Shown here piece after piece: positions 25,498 through 26,739 of a stretch of 26,739 bases of DNA. Below the pieces are notes generated by a model, which had not been told where the DNA came from, searched no databases, and was given only the letters and a program-made list of their open reading frames with translations. A program made the position numbers and the translations under genes. How positions within the stretch are numbered: position 1 is the stretch's first letter; each line of letters starts with the position of its first letter. The stretch lies in contig JAVJWO010000183.1 in the NCBI GenBank assembly GCA_040222015.1, positions 1 to 26,739 of the forward strand, given 5' to 3'. The stretch is from Coleofasciculus chthonoplastes F2-STO-03 (lineage in GTDB: Bacteria > Cyanobacteriota > Cyanobacteriia > Cyanobacteriales > Coleofasciculaceae).

Positions 25498-25763
25498 GGG
25501 CGCACCGACGTGCGCCCTCAAATGGTGTGCGCCCTGCAACTGACGTGCTACGCCAGCCCTCACCCCCAGTCAGCCCTCACCCCCAGCCCCTCTCCCAACC
25601 CCCCTCGTTCCCCCCTACAAGAGGGGGGAGGACTAAGGATGTTTCACTTTTGTTGCACGGGAGAGGGGAGCAAGAGGGGAGCAAGAGGGGAGTTGAGGTT
25701 TCCCGTAATCGTCACAATTCATTTGTTTGCCCGACGTGCGCCCCTACACCGACGTGCGCCCTC
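25494..25763. repeat. Composite/nested REP cluster: family C (GTAGGGGCGCACCGACGTGCGCCC) enclosing a CCCTCACCCCCAGCCCCTCTCCC...GGGAGAGGGG element that itself holds a third palindrome
   Basis: Family C at 25494-25517, with partial copies to 25548 and at 25731-25763 (including ...gcgcccctac); cccctctccc 25587-25596 / gggagagggg 25659-25668; inner cccccct-acaag-agggggg. Confidence 0.8.
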
Positions 25764-25769
25764 CCATCG

Positions 25770-26078
25770 CTAAGACTCGAACTGAGAAATAATCACATCT
25801 CTATCCGGGAAATGAGCAACCAGTTGGAGCGTTCCACCCAAAGCCTTAATATAGCGGTATAGAGTAGAAATTTGAATGTCCTCTTGATTTTCAAGTTTAG
25901 ACAAAGCAGACTGAACAACACCAAGTTCATCCGTCATATCTTGTTGGGTAACACCGAGAGATTGACGTAACTCGGCTAAAGTCAGAGACAACGACGCCAG
26001 TTGAGCGCGAGTTTGACTCTCGGCTAGTTGTTCAGGTGTCATTTGTTTTCTTAACTCACCGATTGGCTTTCGTTTCAT
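25770..26078 (-). CDS. higA: XRE/HTH antitoxin, HigA-like
   Basis: LAELRQSLGVTQQDM...GVVQSALSKLE...ISTL.RYIKALGG.L; ATGA overlap with the toxin stop. Confidence 0.88.
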   Translation of the reverse strand: MKRKPIGELRKQMTPEQLAESQTRAQLASLSLTLAELRQSLGVTQQDMTDELGVVQSALSKLENQEDIQISTLYRYIKALGGTLQLVAHFPDRDVIISQFES

Positions 26079-26434
26079 ATCAAACCCTCATCCGATAATT
26101 CTTGCAAAAGTTCATCGTAGAGTAAATCGGCTTTGGGAATATTCTCGTCATACCACCGATCATTTCCCCCTTTATTACCCCCTAAAAGTAGTACAGCAAC
26201 TCGACGCGGATCAAAAGCATAAAGTATGCGATAGGGTTCCCCTTTGTGCTGTACACGTAGTTCTCTCATTTGGGAATGACGAGACAGTTTCACCTTTGAA
26301 GAATAAGGAAACGGGAGATTGGGTCCCCTTTCTTCAAGTAATCTGACGGCGACATCAATAGAAATTTGCGTGGCTTCGTCCAGTTTTATCCACCATTCCT
26401 CAAATTCATCGGTATACTCAACCTCCCACACCAT
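26075..26434 (-). CDS. higB: RelE/ParE-superfamily toxin, HigB/Gp49-like
   Basis: WEVEYTDEFEEW, LEERGPNL.FP, MRELRVQ, YRILYAFDPRR.AVLLLGGNK; toxin-first gene order. Confidence 0.9.
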   Translation of the reverse strand: MVWEVEYTDEFEEWWIKLDEATQISIDVAVRLLEERGPNLPFPYSSKVKLSRHSQMRELRVQHKGEPYRILYAFDPRRVAVLLLGGNKGGNDRWYDENIPKADLLYDELLQELSDEGLI

Positions 26435-26552
26435 ACCAGCCGAACCTGTTGGTAAACCTATTCCCTATCGTTGATATTGTATCATCGCGGCAGAGTGGCA
26501 AGCCAAAAGGTGTGGAATTGCGCGTCTGAGCCAAATTCCCCTAAACCAAACC

Positions 26553-26594
26553 GTAGGGGCGCACCGACGTGCGCCCATTCCTGACGTGCGCCCT
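26553..26594 (+). repeat. REP-like element, family C, with a duplicated right arm
   Basis: gtaggggcgcaccgacgtgcgccc (26553-26576) then ctgacgtgcgccct (26581-26594). Confidence 0.85.
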
Positions 26595-26739
26595 AGCCAT
26601 TTGAACGAAAGTTGAGCGCAGTCCCTATCTAGAATCTTTGATTTAGATGGGGTTAGCGAAACAAAATAGCTTGTTAAGTGCCCAATAATACTATACAATA
26701 GTATCAGGTACGGCGGCAGTTTGTTAACTTGTTCGGCAC

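Noticed and set aside
25510..25862. Pro/Gly-rich ORFs, and 26465-26698
   Set aside because: Read through REP clusters; no coding signature.

Overview
Chromosomal window from a cyanobacterium (about two dozen HIP1 GCGATCGC sites, heptamer STRR tracts, psbP, psb34, a thiO-thiG fusion). The repeat load suggests a filamentous Oscillatoriales-type genome such as Coleofasciculus; this is inference. Most of the ~26 genes are ordinary: a CHAT protein truncated at the left edge, DUF2808, DUF3318, a MASE1-GAF histidine kinase, sigB, a pentapeptide-repeat protein, a DICT + degenerate HD-GYP protein, an Slr0320-type radical SAM protein, DUF1830, DUF4079, thiOG, Uma2, psb34, a TPR protein, psbP, maf and a higBA-type toxin-antitoxin pair. 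Three things stand out. (1) Four co-oriented hypothetical genes (21183-24978) all carry the same motif, L-x-[IVF]-x-T ... [RQ][TS]-x-I-x(2-3)-[DE]G-x(22-23)-H. It appears stand-alone, fused to a ~390-aa acidic Trp-studded disordered tail, with a large insertion, and membrane-anchored, making this a candidate uncharacterised multi-subunit assembly. (2) A 358-bp protein-free IS200/IS605 derivative (14234-14591, minus strand) keeps IS608-like ends, a TATAAT box, an unexplained structured RNA segment, a TnpB omegaRNA-like scaffold, and a 17-nt guide-like flank ending at a terminator. (3) Several GTAG-type REP families occur here, including one with conserved arms around unique 34-43-nt loops, tandemly amplified half-REPs and nested REPs. 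All family assignments are from motif recognition only; no searches were run.
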